DNA of 64,000 nt from Octopus sinensis (GCF_006345805.1 NC_042997.1:80352001-80416000); one strand, 5' to 3'. Numbered from the stretch's first letter, positions 25,924 to 37,482 are shown. Made by a program: numbers and translations. Notes: generated by a model from the letters alone, not told the origin.

Positions 25924-26390
25924 AGCATGTTTAAAAAAAAAATTGAATGGTCAAAGCTGGAACATCTATAACTGGCCTATTCAATCAGAGCTGACCTTGG
26001 TATAAACTAGCAACCTATCTGCTACAGAATTTCCTATATTTCATCTGACAACAACCATCAAGAAATTATTACTCCCTTTCTCTCTTTCACAAACAAACAC
26101 ATCTTCTCAAATTGTATAACTCTGGACTCCAGTAATTGGATCATCATCTTTTTATCACAGATCTGCATAGATGATGAAGTGAGGATTATAACATTGAATT
26201 ATTTTCAAATTAGAGAGGGGGGAAAGAGAGAGAGAAAGAGAGAGAGAAGGGAAAGACAAACAGAGTTCTGCTGAATAAAAATGAGTAATGTTAACTCTTT
26301 AGCATTCAAATAACTTTGTGTGAATGTAATGCTTATTTATTCATGATGTTATAAATTAATTATGCATTATCTTGTACCTTTAAGATTTGG

Positions 26391-28389
26391 ATCATTGTTC
26401 AACCGTGGTCAAGACAATGGAATTTACCATGCTACGCCAGACTTCACGGTCCATCATAGCATTACGGAGGTCCTGTTGCTGGATGCCTGTATCCCTGGAG
26501 ATTACATCAGGGTAGGAGAGTGTGCGCCCTCTGGTATCGCGAGTAGATGGCTTCCAGAGGAGAAGGGTAGAAGAGTAGAAATTACCTCATTTTCAGCTCT
26601 ACAACAATGTCCAGCAAACTGGACTCTCCTACCTTTCACAAGAGATGACACAGGTGGTAGTTTCCCATATATTTGCATTTTGGTTGGATGACACATCCAC
26701 GAGAGATTTTGAGCTCTCATAAGGAGGCGAGTGTAGGTTCCATCCAACCGCCTCTCAAGCTTCTTTGATAATGTCCAGGTTTCTGAGCTATATAGTAGAA
26801 TTGGTTCAACTGTGGCTTTGAAGATTTTAAGTTTGAAGTCTCTACTTAGACTTGATGATCAGATCTTATGCATATCATTACAGGCTGACTAGGACATACC
26901 CTTTCTAGTTAGAAAATCTTTTCCAGATGATGATATGTATGACCCAAGATATTTGTAATCAGAAATCATATTTAAGGGCATATTGTTGAGAGTATGGATG
27001 ATGCAATCACTGTTGGACAGGCACTTGTTTACATATTCAGTCTTGGCCTCATTGAGGTAAAGATCTACACAATTTGAGGCTTGTTCGAGAGATTGTAAAA
27101 GAGACTGGACATTGGAGAGGGAATCACTGATAAGAAGGTTTTTTAAATGAATTGACCAATTTTCTAAACACTTCTTAGCTGATCCCCCTTTAATTCTAAT
27201 TGATGACCCAGAATTTTTGCCTGATAGGTCTTTGATGGATTTCTAGGCAAGATGGTGTTTTTTTACTAATGTGCTCTTTGGATAGTTTGCTAATTTTGCC
27301 ACTGATAAAGTCAACCTCGGCATTCAAGTAAGCATCATTAAGATTCTTCTTGGCAGTTATGAGTTGGATCTTCAGTGACTGGGATGGAGAACGGTGGTAA
27401 GCTAGTGATATAGACTTTAGGTGGTTTCTGGCTTCGATGACATTTGGAGAATTAGAAGGTTTGCTCTGGTCCCTACTCTTCTTTTTGGGAAGAGTAGCCA
27501 GTGCAACTCCCTTGTTGATTTGATGAGGCTGCTGTAGACTTCTCCAATGTTCTCAGCATCTATTTCAGAAGTAGACAAAGATTAAAATTTGTTATAGACC
27601 TCAATAGTAAATTGCTTGGACATATCGGGGTTAGACGAGACTTCCTCCCAGTCGATCGTTTTCATCGGGTGAGGCTTAGCTTTTTTTGGATGAGTGAAGA
27701 CTAAGCTTAACGGTAGCTGATACAATTCTGTGGTAGGAGCCAACAGAACTAAAGGAAGAGTAGGATCTCGAGTCTGACACTATTGCGACACTTCTTTTGA
27801 AAAATGAGGTAGTCAATTTGTGCCCTATCACCAAATGGGGACTTGAATGTCCAAAGTTGTCCTTTTGGTTTCATAAAATAATTGTTGGAGGTGTAAAGAT
27901 TAAATTCCTCTAAAAAGTCTTTGAGTATTTCCCCGTTCCGATTAGTTTTAGAGTTGAAAGTAAACTTGGTGTCATCGGGTCCTATTTTAACATTCAGATC
28001 ACCAGCTATAACTAGAAAATTATGGAGAGGCACTTGCTCAATGGTTGAACGAAGGGTTGTATAAAAATTCTCAATCTCGTCTGCCACAGACGAATTATGT
28101 GGGCTATACACACATACCAATGTTGTTTTCGGATTTCCATCTATCTCAAGCACCATAATTCTAGGCGAGATTGACTCTATACTCAAGAGAGTATCACTAG
28201 CTTTTGATAAAAGTAGAAAGCCAATACCTCCAACTGTTGAATTAACAGTATTCTTTGTTGCTGAGGAGGTTACAAATTGATAAGAACCGACTTGATGGTA
28301 TTTGAGGATGTCGGCAGGGTGGTAGAACTGGTGTTCTTGGACAGCTATTATACCAATGCCGTGTGATTCTGCATTTGCACCAAGTTCTT
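26391..28389 (-). mobile_element. RTE/RTEX-like LINE, 5'-truncated inside the endonuclease, with an internal RT deletion
   Basis: Endonuclease IIAVQEH..GGIGFLL..VYSPHNS..GDLNVKIG..IDYLI, and C-terminus DGTYTRLLMRAQNLSW..FAGHC. Junction GATAAGA|AGGTTTT at about 27135 joins sequences ~850 bp apart in the 62-64 kb copy. Confidence 0.9.
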
Positions 28390-28744
28390 CTGATGTGATG
28401 GTGTACTTCTAGCATGATAATGTAGGGTACATGTGAGAGGTCAGATCTGTCTGGTCTAAACATAAAACAGGTAGAATATTTGGGCTAGAAATAGCTGGGT
28501 TAAATTCTAAAAGGCTAAATATTGTTTCTTTCCTATGTTTTGTAAAGGAGGTGAAACTCGACTTCAGTATTTTGCTGATTTTCATTTTATTTCTTGACAA
28601 GATATTGTCACTAGACAAAAAACAAAACAGTAATAGTTTTATGACTTAACCTTATAGCATTTAGATTACTGTCGAATGTAATGTTTATTTACTTATGCAT
28701 TATCTTATAACTTCAAGATTCCAATGATACAATTGTTTAATACA

Positions 28745-29065
28745 GTTCAATATTTAAGAGATGAGGAATTATGTACATTATCTACATTATTTACATTTGA
28801 TGGATATTGTCCTTATCTTCTTTGTTGTTAACACAACGTTTCGGCTGATATACCCTCCAGCCTTCATTAGGTGTCTTGGAGAAATTTCGAACCTGGGTTC
28901 ATTCCTAAGGTATTCTTTGATGTTATTATTATTATTCAGGTCACTGCCTGGAATCGATCTCAGAATCTTAGGGTTAGTGGCCCGTGCTCTCAACTACTAC
29001 TCCATATGCCCTATTCAGGTCACTGCCTGGAATCAAACTCGGAATCTTGGGGTTAAAGGCCCAAG
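28745..29065 (-). mobile_element. tRNA-headed SINE-like element with a duplicated head and a Penelope-type hammerhead tail
   Basis: Head GGGCATATGGAGTAGTAGTTGAGAGCACGGGCCACTAACCCTAAGATTCTGAGATCGATTCCAGGCAGTGACC (A/B boxes), present twice in tandem, followed by GACACCTAATGAAGGCTG..CAGCCGAAACGTTGTGTT. Confidence 0.7.
28830..28875 (-). ncRNA. Degenerate minimal type I hammerhead inside a SINE
   Basis: GACAC-CTAATGA-A-GGCTG(GAGGGTATAT)CAGCC-GAAA-CGTT|GTGTT. G5->A mutation; palindromic stem III ACGT. Confidence 0.65.
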
Positions 29066-29169
29066 CTCTTAACCATCCAACTCATGCCAACATGGAAAGC
29101 ATCTGGGGAAATGTATAACTGCAGGTATTCACAGAAAACTATTGCTTTACTGTGAGAAAAGCGTTGTTG

Positions 29170-29342
29170 AAGTCCTCATCATCATCGTTTAACATCCGCT
29201 TTCCATGCTAGCATGGGTTGGACGATCTGACTGAGGACTGGCAAACCAGATGGTTGCACCAGGCTCCAATCTGATCTGGCAGGGTTTCTACAGCTAGATG
29301 CCGTTCCTAACACCAACCACTCTGAGAGTGTAGTGGTCTTAA
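29170..29342 (-). mobile_element. RTE 3' tail fragment
   Basis: Reverse complement of the RTE terminal segment ending in a (GAT)n tail (CATCATCATCGTTTAAC on the + strand). Confidence 0.85.
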
Positions 29343-30172
29343 GTGAAATTTGGCAATTGAGGATTGAATCCATGCTATACCTGCATGAAGCCACTACAAA
29401 TACATTGTGGAATAAAAATTTTATCTACTGTCATGGAAAAAGTGTAACTGTAAAAATGCAGAATTATCGGAGTAATGGGTATTCAAAAAAGTATGTATGT
29501 ATAGAAATGTATGAATGAAGTCTTTAATGTTTAAGATTCAAATTAAGGAAATGCAATAATAATGTTAAGCAGTTTAAAAGTGGGAATAGTGAAATGCAGA
29601 ATTAGGTCAGCTGATTGTGAGAATTTGCTAGAATTTGCTGGTGGTATGGGTTATTTCCCTTGGGTTGCTCAAATAAAATATTGGTAATATATAGTAGATA
29701 GAAGGATCCATTGGAAGTGCCCTGTTATTGACTGTTTTTTTTCAACAATCCATGTATGTCACAAGGTTTCCAGACATGGGTTCTAATCATGTGTCAAAGA
29801 AAGTATAAACGTGATATTTTCTGCAAAATGAGAAATAAGACACTAAAAATCAATATTGAAAGTAACTGAACATAAACAATGAAATGGGTTATTTTCCTTG
29901 AGTGTTTAAAAAAATATTGTACAGGAGCTTTGGGTTATTTCCCTTGGGTGTTTAAAAAAAACTAGTTATATGATGCAGATATAAAGGTCCCTTCCAGGGG
30001 CCATAGTATCGATTTTTTCAACAATCTAAGTATGTCACGAAGTTTCCAGACAGAAGTTCTACTCACATGTCAAGTTTCATCAAAATCAATAAAACGAAAA
30101 AAGGTGTTAGCTAACAATGCCACAAACAAATACACATTGATTTTCCACATATGTTGTAGATTTATGTGGAAA

Positions 30173-30407
30173 GTGTTTATAAGCCATTTAAGAAACACAC
30201 AAAACTGTTAGATTCACTTCAACATATAAATTTAATTTGTCAAAATATTTTCGTTGCTTTGAGACCATGACCTGTTCACTGACAAAGCTTCGTGCTGTCA
30301 GTGAACAGGTCACGGTCTCAAAGCGACGAAAATATTTCGACAAATTAAATTTGCATGATGAAGTGAATCTAACAGTTTTGTGTGTTTCTTACATGGCTTA
30401 TAAACAC
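30173..30407. repeat. Hairpin/MITE-like palindrome: 112-bp arms, 11-nt loop
   Basis: Arms 30173-30284 and 30296-30407, about 7 mismatches by eye, several at CpG positions. Confidence 0.95.
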
Positions 30408-30632
30408 CTCCCGTCGTTGCCGGGTCATAGTGCTAGTGCATGTATATATGTGTACATATTACATGTACATCTATATATATACATCTACACATAAAATACA
30501 AAATACAAAGTTATATCTTGATATCGCTAGTGATAACAATACTCAAAATATATAACAGACTGGAATTGTAAGCCTGTCTCTTGCAATTTCGATACATATA
30601 CACACATATATATATATACATATATATAGTTA

Positions 30633-30670
<38 letters not shown>

Positions 30671-30680
30671 CATACATATA

Positions 30681-30845
30681 CAGGAACACGGGGGATCAAT
30701 CAATAACATAGAGATTAAGATATTGTCCACACATAGAACAGATGCAACAATTAGACAAATTACAGAAGCTACACATATAATAGAAAATAAACCTAGCCTG
30801 AATAGAAAACTAGAATGGAGCAATAGCACACACCACAACATATGA
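30681..30845 (+). mobile_element. Penelope-like element remnant: C-terminus of the GIY-YIG endonuclease
   Basis: Open frame QEHGGSINNIEIKILSTHRTDATIRQITEATHIIENKPSLNRKLEWSNSTHHNI* matches the PLE ...I.IL......R.I.EA.HI...KPSLN...E terminus. Not in the ORF track (no start codon, <60 aa). Confidence 0.75.
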
Positions 30846-31038
30846 CGATAGAGGATCCCGAAAACATAAATAAATACACAGATAAATAAACAAATAGAAA
30901 TGAATAACTATATATATGTATATATATCTATGTATGTATATGTATGTATATATATATATATATTATATATATATATATATTATATATATATATATATGAA
31001 TAACTATATATATGTATATATATCTATGTGTGTATATG

Positions 31039-31094
<56 letters not shown>

Positions 31095-31136
31095 TAACTA
31101 TATATATGTATATATATCTATGTGTGTATATGTATG

Positions 31137-31167
<31 letters not shown>

Positions 31168-31486
31168 TTTCGATTAGATTTATTATTATTATTATTAATA
31201 TTGTTGTTATACATACATACAAGCATATGTAATGATAATAATGGGTGGATGTAAACACATGAACAAAATTAGAACAAAAGCAACAACAACAAAAACAAAA
31301 TACAAATTACATGAATGTATATAAACAGAAGATACAAATATTACAGGCACCCCCCCCCCACACACACACTAAATAAACATAGACGCACATAGAGATATAA
31401 GCATGCGCAAATGAAGACATACAATAGAAATACAAAATGGCTGACGGTTAGTAAGGAGAGACACAAATACGAAAGAAGAAAACAAA

Positions 31487-31531
31487 GGATCACTGATGCG
31501 GTCACAGGAGTGTGACGAAAGAACTCTGGCC
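31487..31531 (+). ncRNA. Degenerate hammerhead-like motif (family shared with 46611-46656)
   Basis: GGATCA-CTGATGC-G-GTCACA(GGAG)TGTGAC-GAAA-GAACTC|TGGCC. A9->C mutation. Confidence 0.5.
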
Positions 31532-31654
31532 GAAATAAGATTAAGATTAATGTAAAAAATAAATATCACTGAAGCAAAATAACACCAAATATATAGTGCG
31601 TGTGTTTTTATTGGCTAAACTGGCAATATGACCATTCCGAAATATAACAATAAT

Positions 31655-31702
<48 letters not shown>

Positions 31703-31991
31703 GTATATATATGTATATAATATATATATGTATATATATGTCAAGTTTCATCAAAATCAATAAAATGACAAAGGAGGTGTTAGCTAACAAGGCCACAAAC
31801 AAATACATATTGATTTTCCACATATGTTGTAGATTTATATTATATAAATATATATATATATATAATATTATATAAATATATGTATATACAAATATGTATA
31901 TAAATATATATATATATTTGGCATCATGTTTTTATTTTGATTAATATACAAATATTTACATAAATATAATATGTATGTTTATACAAATATT

Positions 31992-32925
31992 TCATTATTC
32001 TTCAATTTTTCTCTCATATTATTCTTTCAGCACCCTCTCATCATATTATTCTTTCAGCACCCTCTCATCATAGTATTCTTTCAGTATCCTCTCATCATAG
32101 TATTCTTTCAGTATCCTCTCATCATATTATTCTTTCAGTTTTCAACATGCCATTCATGTAATGTTTTTCGTTTAGTCTTGTCTCCCTGTTGCTCCTGTTT
32201 CATAGCCACTTATCGTTCCCCTAAAATTTGACTTTTCAAACCTACTTTCTTGCTCTCACGATTAACAGAATCCTCTTTCTAGTTTGGTGTCCAGTTTAGA
32301 TTGCCTGACAAACTCAGATTTTACCTTTTTTTTCCAAGTCTATCTTAATTATCAAATAATAAATATTATCGACACTGTCGTCTCGTTTCAACTATGCTAG
32401 TCAAAGCCCCTCACACAGCTTCCGCCCACGTGTCCCTTGACCACTTCTCTCCCCCCTCCCTAACTAACCCTGTCCCTCTCCCTATGTTTCTATATGCCCC
32501 CGTCTTTCGATAACCACCATCGTCATATATAAACTAGCAAACGCAAATTGGGAACCCCACTCGCTTCCAACTCCACTACGAACACACAGCTCATGAACGG
32601 TTAAAGTTAAGATTTCTTCTTTCAACCTCGCTTTTTCCTACCCTTTGCACGTATCATCATTATTCTTCAATTTTTCTCTCATATTATTCTTTCAGCACCC
32701 TCTCATCATATTATTCTTTCAGCACCCTCTCATCATATTATTCTTTCAGTATCCTCTCATCATATTATTCTTTCAGTTTTCAACATGCCATTCATGTAAT
32801 GTTTTTCATTTAGTCTTGTCTCCCTGTTGCTCCCGTTTCATAGCCACTTATCGTTCCCCTAAAATTTGACTTTACAAACCTACTTTCTTGCTCTCACGAT
32901 TAACAGAATCCTCTTTCTAGTTTGG
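31992..32925. repeat. Two ~270-295-bp direct repeats (31992-32287, 32657-32925), each containing a 27-bp minisatellite
   Basis: Unit ATATTATTCTTTCAGCACCCTCTCATC (4 full units versus 3), followed by an almost identical unique tail; separated by ~370 bp. Confidence 0.93.
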
Positions 32926-33109
32926 GGTACACCCGCCCACCCACCCCCTCCACACATGCCGGAAGTTCCTATTCTTTTTCATCCCTGGGTTGCTTCCCTT
33001 GAAGACTGCAAATGCTCTTTCACCATTCCTACCCTAGTTTCGACCTATGTAAGGTAATGTTCATACAGTGCAAAATATGAATGGGTTGTGTTATGCATGT
33101 TGAATTGAA

Positions 33110-36100
33110 GGCTACTGTATTACTTGCTCATGAATTCTGCCAAATGCGAGCTTTCTTTTCAGGTACATGAAGCTACTGTCCACCGTCGCAGGGCCTCTAG
33201 GGCCCATACCTCCCACACCCTCAGGGTTGGCACCCTCAACGTTGGCATACTGAAAGGTAGGTCTGGCGAGATAGTCGAGATGCTTGAACGGAGATGTGTG
33301 GATATATGCTGCATGCAAGAAGTAAGGTGGAGAGGAAGTTCTGCTAGGTTCCTCACAGGCAAGGAACACAGGTACAAGATTTTCTGGGCAGGGAACACTG
33401 ACGGGGTTGGTGGCGTGGGTATACTTATCACTGAGAAATGGGTAGATAAAGTAATTGAGGTAATCAGAGTATGTGACAGAATACTTAAGATTAGATTAGT
33501 GCTTCATCATGGATTAGCAACCATTATGTCAGCCTATGCTCCTCAGCCGGGGTTACCCGATGGACAGAAAGACCGATTCTATGACACTCTGCTGCAGACT
33601 ACTTCGTTGATGAATGACAGAGACCTTCGCTTTGTGGCTGGTGACTTCAATGGTCATGTTGGACGACATGCTGGGGGCTTCCATGGCGTACATGGAGGCT
33701 ATGGCTATGGTTTCCACAACGAGGAGGTTGCTGGAGTTCTGCGATGCAAATAATCTTATGATTTGCAACACTAACTTCAGGAAACCTACCAGCCACCTAG
33801 TCACCTACCGATTGGGCCAACATACCAGCCAAATTGACTACATCCTTGCCAGGCAAAGGGAGAGATGGCTACTTATAAATGCCAAAACCTTCCCAGGCGA
33901 AGAATGTACCCCACAACATAGACTGGTAGTTAGTGACTTTAGGATCAGGACTAGGAGGACAACCAGAAGACGACCAACATGGAGAAGAAGGATCTGGAAG
34001 CTTAAAGATCCTGTGAATGGACAGAGATTTAGGGACATGCTACTTGAAGCCTTTGATGAAGTAGAAGGGGATAGAGTATCACATGGGGTAGAGGGCAACT
34101 GGACGTTTCTAAGGGACAACCTGCTGAGAGCCACTGACCAGATCTGTGGCTGGTGCAAAGTCCCCTCTCGTCCCAAGGTAACGTGGTGGTGGAACAGTGT
34201 TGTAGACAGGTCTATTAGAGAAAAGAGACAGACTTGGAAGCACTGGAAGAATGGTGGTAGCAGGGAATTGTATCAGACTGCTAAAAGGGAAGCTAGGAGA
34301 CAGGTCTATCTAGCCAGAGGGGAAGCAGATAAGAAAAAATTTGCCAATGTTCTGTGGCGTGAGGACCAAAGACTGGAGGTGTTTCGCGTTGCAAGACAGT
34401 GTGTGAGAGAGAATTGTGATGTGGTAGGAGAGAAGTGTGTTCGCATGGAAGATTGTTCACTTGCGCTAAATGAGGATGCAAAGAGAGAGGTTTGGAGACG
34501 CCACTATGAAAGGTTGCTGAATAAAGAGAATGAATGGGATAAAGAGAGTCTGCCGAATGTTGACCCAACAGAGGGACCAGCTATCCGAGTTGATAGTTCC
34601 TTGGTAGTTAAGGCAATTAGAAGCATGAAGACAGGGAAAGCCCCAGGCCCATCAGGTATCACTGCAGAGATGCTCAAAATATCTGGTAGTGTCGGCTATA
34701 GCCTAATCACCCGTATAGTTAATCAGGTGATACACGAAGGAGTCATACGAAGGTGTAGCAGCATAATAGTCAACTGCTACAAAGGTAAAGGTGACGCCCT
34801 AGATACAAATAATTACAGAGGTATCAAGCTGTTGGATCAGGTAATGAAGGTTACAGAGAGGGTCATAGCCCAACTAATTAGAGAGAAAGTTAGTTTAGAT
34901 GAGATGCAGTTTGGGTTCATGCCAGGGAAAAGTACCACTGATGCTATATTCCTGGTAAGGCAGCTGCAGGAGAAATACCTAGCCAAAGATAAGCCCCTGT
35001 ACCTGACTTTTGTTGACATGGAGAAAGCCTTCGACAGGGTCCCCCGATCCCTCATCTGGTGGTCAATGAGGAAACTAGGGATAGATGAATGGTTAGTGAG
35101 AGCTGTGTGAGCCATGTACAGGGACGCTGCTAGTAAGGTGAGGGTTGGCAACGAGTACAGTGAAGAATTCCGGGTAGAGGTAGGGGTCCACCAAGGCTCA
35201 GTCCTCAGCCCCCTCCTATTTATCATATTCCTCCAGGCAATAACGGAGGAATTCAAGACAGGTTGCCCCTGGGAGCTCCTCTATGCTGATGACCTTGCTC
35301 TAATTGCTGAGTCACTATCAGAACTGGAGGAGAAGTTTCAGGTGTGGAAGCAAGGTTTAGAATCGAGGGGCCTTAGAGTCAATCTAGCTAAAACCAAAGT
35401 CGTAATAAGTAGGAAGGTAGACAAATCACAAACGCCTTCAGGTAGATGGCCCTGCTCGATCTGTAGAAAAGGTATAGGTAGAAACTCTATAAGATGCACC
35501 AAGTGTAAGCTATGGACACATAAGAGGTGCAGCAATGTCAAAGGAAGGCTAACTAGGAAGATGGTTTTTGTATGTGGCAGATGCTTGGGAGCATTAACTT
35601 CTGAATATCTGCAGAAGACAACTTCCGTCACTTTCCAGGGGGAAAAACTAGAAGCAGTTGATAGCTTCCGTTATCTTGGTTACCAAGTCAGTAGTGGGGG
35701 TGGGTGTGCTGAAAGTGTAACGGCTAGAGTAAGAATAGCCTGGGCAAAGTTTAGGGAGCTCTTACCTCTGCTGGTGACTAAAGGCCTCTCGCTCAGAGTA
35801 AAAGGCAGACTGTATGATGCATGTGTACGAACAGCCATGCTACATGGCAGTGAAACATGGGCCGTGACTGCTGAGGACATGCGTAAGCTCGCGAGAAATG
35901 AAGCCAGTATGCTCCGATGGATGTGTAATGTCAGTGTGCATGCTCGACAGAGCGTTAGTACCCTGAGAGAAATGTTGGACCTAAGGAACATCAGTTGTGG
36001 TGTGCAAGAGAGACGATTGCACTGGTATGGTCATGTGGCGAGAATGGATGAAGATAGGTGTGTGAAAAAGTGCCAATCCCTAGCAGTGGAGGTAACCCAT

Positions 36101-36838
36101 GGAAGAGGTAGACCTAGGAAAACTTGGGACGAGGTGGTGAAGCATGACCTTCGAACTTTAGGTCTCACTGAGGAAATGACCAGCGACCGAGACCTTTGGA
36201 AATATGCTGTGCGTGAAAAGACCAGGCAGGACAAGTGAGTCCAGCCCACTTATGCATGCCTTTCCTCCCTTGGACACACAAAGACCTGTTGAGGCAAGCA
36301 AAGTCGATATCGAACCTCATCCGACGACAGGCACCTATGCCAACCCCACTTTGCTTGCGAAGACCTGTTGGGGCAAGTGAAATCGAAATCAAAATCGGAA
36401 TCGAAATTGAACCAATCCTATGACTGGCACCTGGCAGATGCCAGGACCCCTGGACTGGAGATACATAAAAAGCACTATCCGAATCGTGGCCGATGCCAGC
36501 GCCGCCTCTACTGGCTTCCGTGTCAGTGGAACGTAAAAGGCACCACCCGAATCGTGGCCGAGCCAGTGCCGCCTCGACTGGCTTCCATGCAGATGGCATG
36601 TAAAATGCACCAATCCGACCGTGGCCGATGCCAGCCTCGCCTGGCACCAGTGCAGGTGGCACGTAAAAAGCACCCACTACACTCACGGAGTGGTTGGCAT
36701 TAGGAAGGGCATCCAGCTGTAGAAACATTGCCAGATAAGACCGCAGCCTGGTGCAGCCTTCTGGCTTTCCAGATCCCCGGTCGAACCGTCCAACCCATGC
36801 TAGTATGGAGAACGGACGTTAAACGATGATGATGATGA

Positions 36839-36842
<4 letters not shown>
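33110..36842 (+). mobile_element. RTE-clade LINE, nearly full length (APE endonuclease + RT + 3' UTR + (GAT)n tail), three ORF segments
   Basis: LRVGTLNV, DICCMQE, AYAPQ, GDFNGHVG and SQIDYIL (endonuclease); GKAPGPSG, NYRGIKLL, QFGFMPG, DMEKAFDRV, QGSVLSP and LYADDL (RT). Frameshift near 33725, TGA at 35108-35110, (GAT)n tail at about 36825-36842. Confidence 0.97.
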
Positions 36843-36878
<36 letters not shown>

Positions 36879-37289
36879 TTATTATATTTCTATACGAAAA
36901 ATATATAGTGTAATGACTAACTCGTCTTTTGTGCTAGGCCACTGGTAATAATAATTTATTTTATTACCCTATTTGATTATGTTTTTATATATATATATAT
37001 GTACATAATTATACATATATAAGCATATATACATATAAGTATCTATACATAAATACATAAGAATAAGTTGTGCTTTAGAAGACTTTTATATATAGAGTCT
37101 ATACTGAGTGATGATATAGTATGGGTGGATTGTTGGAGTCCAATAATACCCTGTACACCTATTTGATTATGAAGATTTACAAACAAACTTTCTCAGTGAA
37201 ACTCAATATACCTACCATTATAAATAATACCAAATGTTCTTTTTCGGACTCTTCATAATGTGATACAAGTCTTTGGTGTAGTAATTGCA

Positions 37290-37383
37290 TGCGGCTGAAG
37301 AGGGCTTTAACCTATCTGTTATGTCGATTATACATTGATGTAAGAATAAGTTGTTTTATAAAGCTCAAAACAGGTATACCACG
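37290..37383 (+). ncRNA. Degenerate long-stem-II type I hammerhead
   Basis: TGCGG-CTGAAGA-GGGCTTTA(~50 nt)TAAAGCTC-AAAA-CAGGTATA|CCACG. G12->A at a CpG; 8-bp stem II. Confidence 0.55.
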
Positions 37384-37482
37384 ACATCCTTTGTGTTCTG
37401 TTTTTTATTTCATTTGATACATATATCCTCTCACCTCTGCTACTAGCTGGCATATACAGGTGCTTATACTTATTAAGTATTC

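Noticed and set aside
28261-28292. CTGAGGA-GGTT..AACC-GA hammerhead-like string
   Set aside because: It lacks GAAA and stem III, and it is the antisense of LINE endonuclease coding sequence.
31992-32160. 27-bp tandem units superficially like a CRISPR array
   Set aside because: The repeats are contiguous with no unique spacers and the context is eukaryotic; this is a minisatellite.
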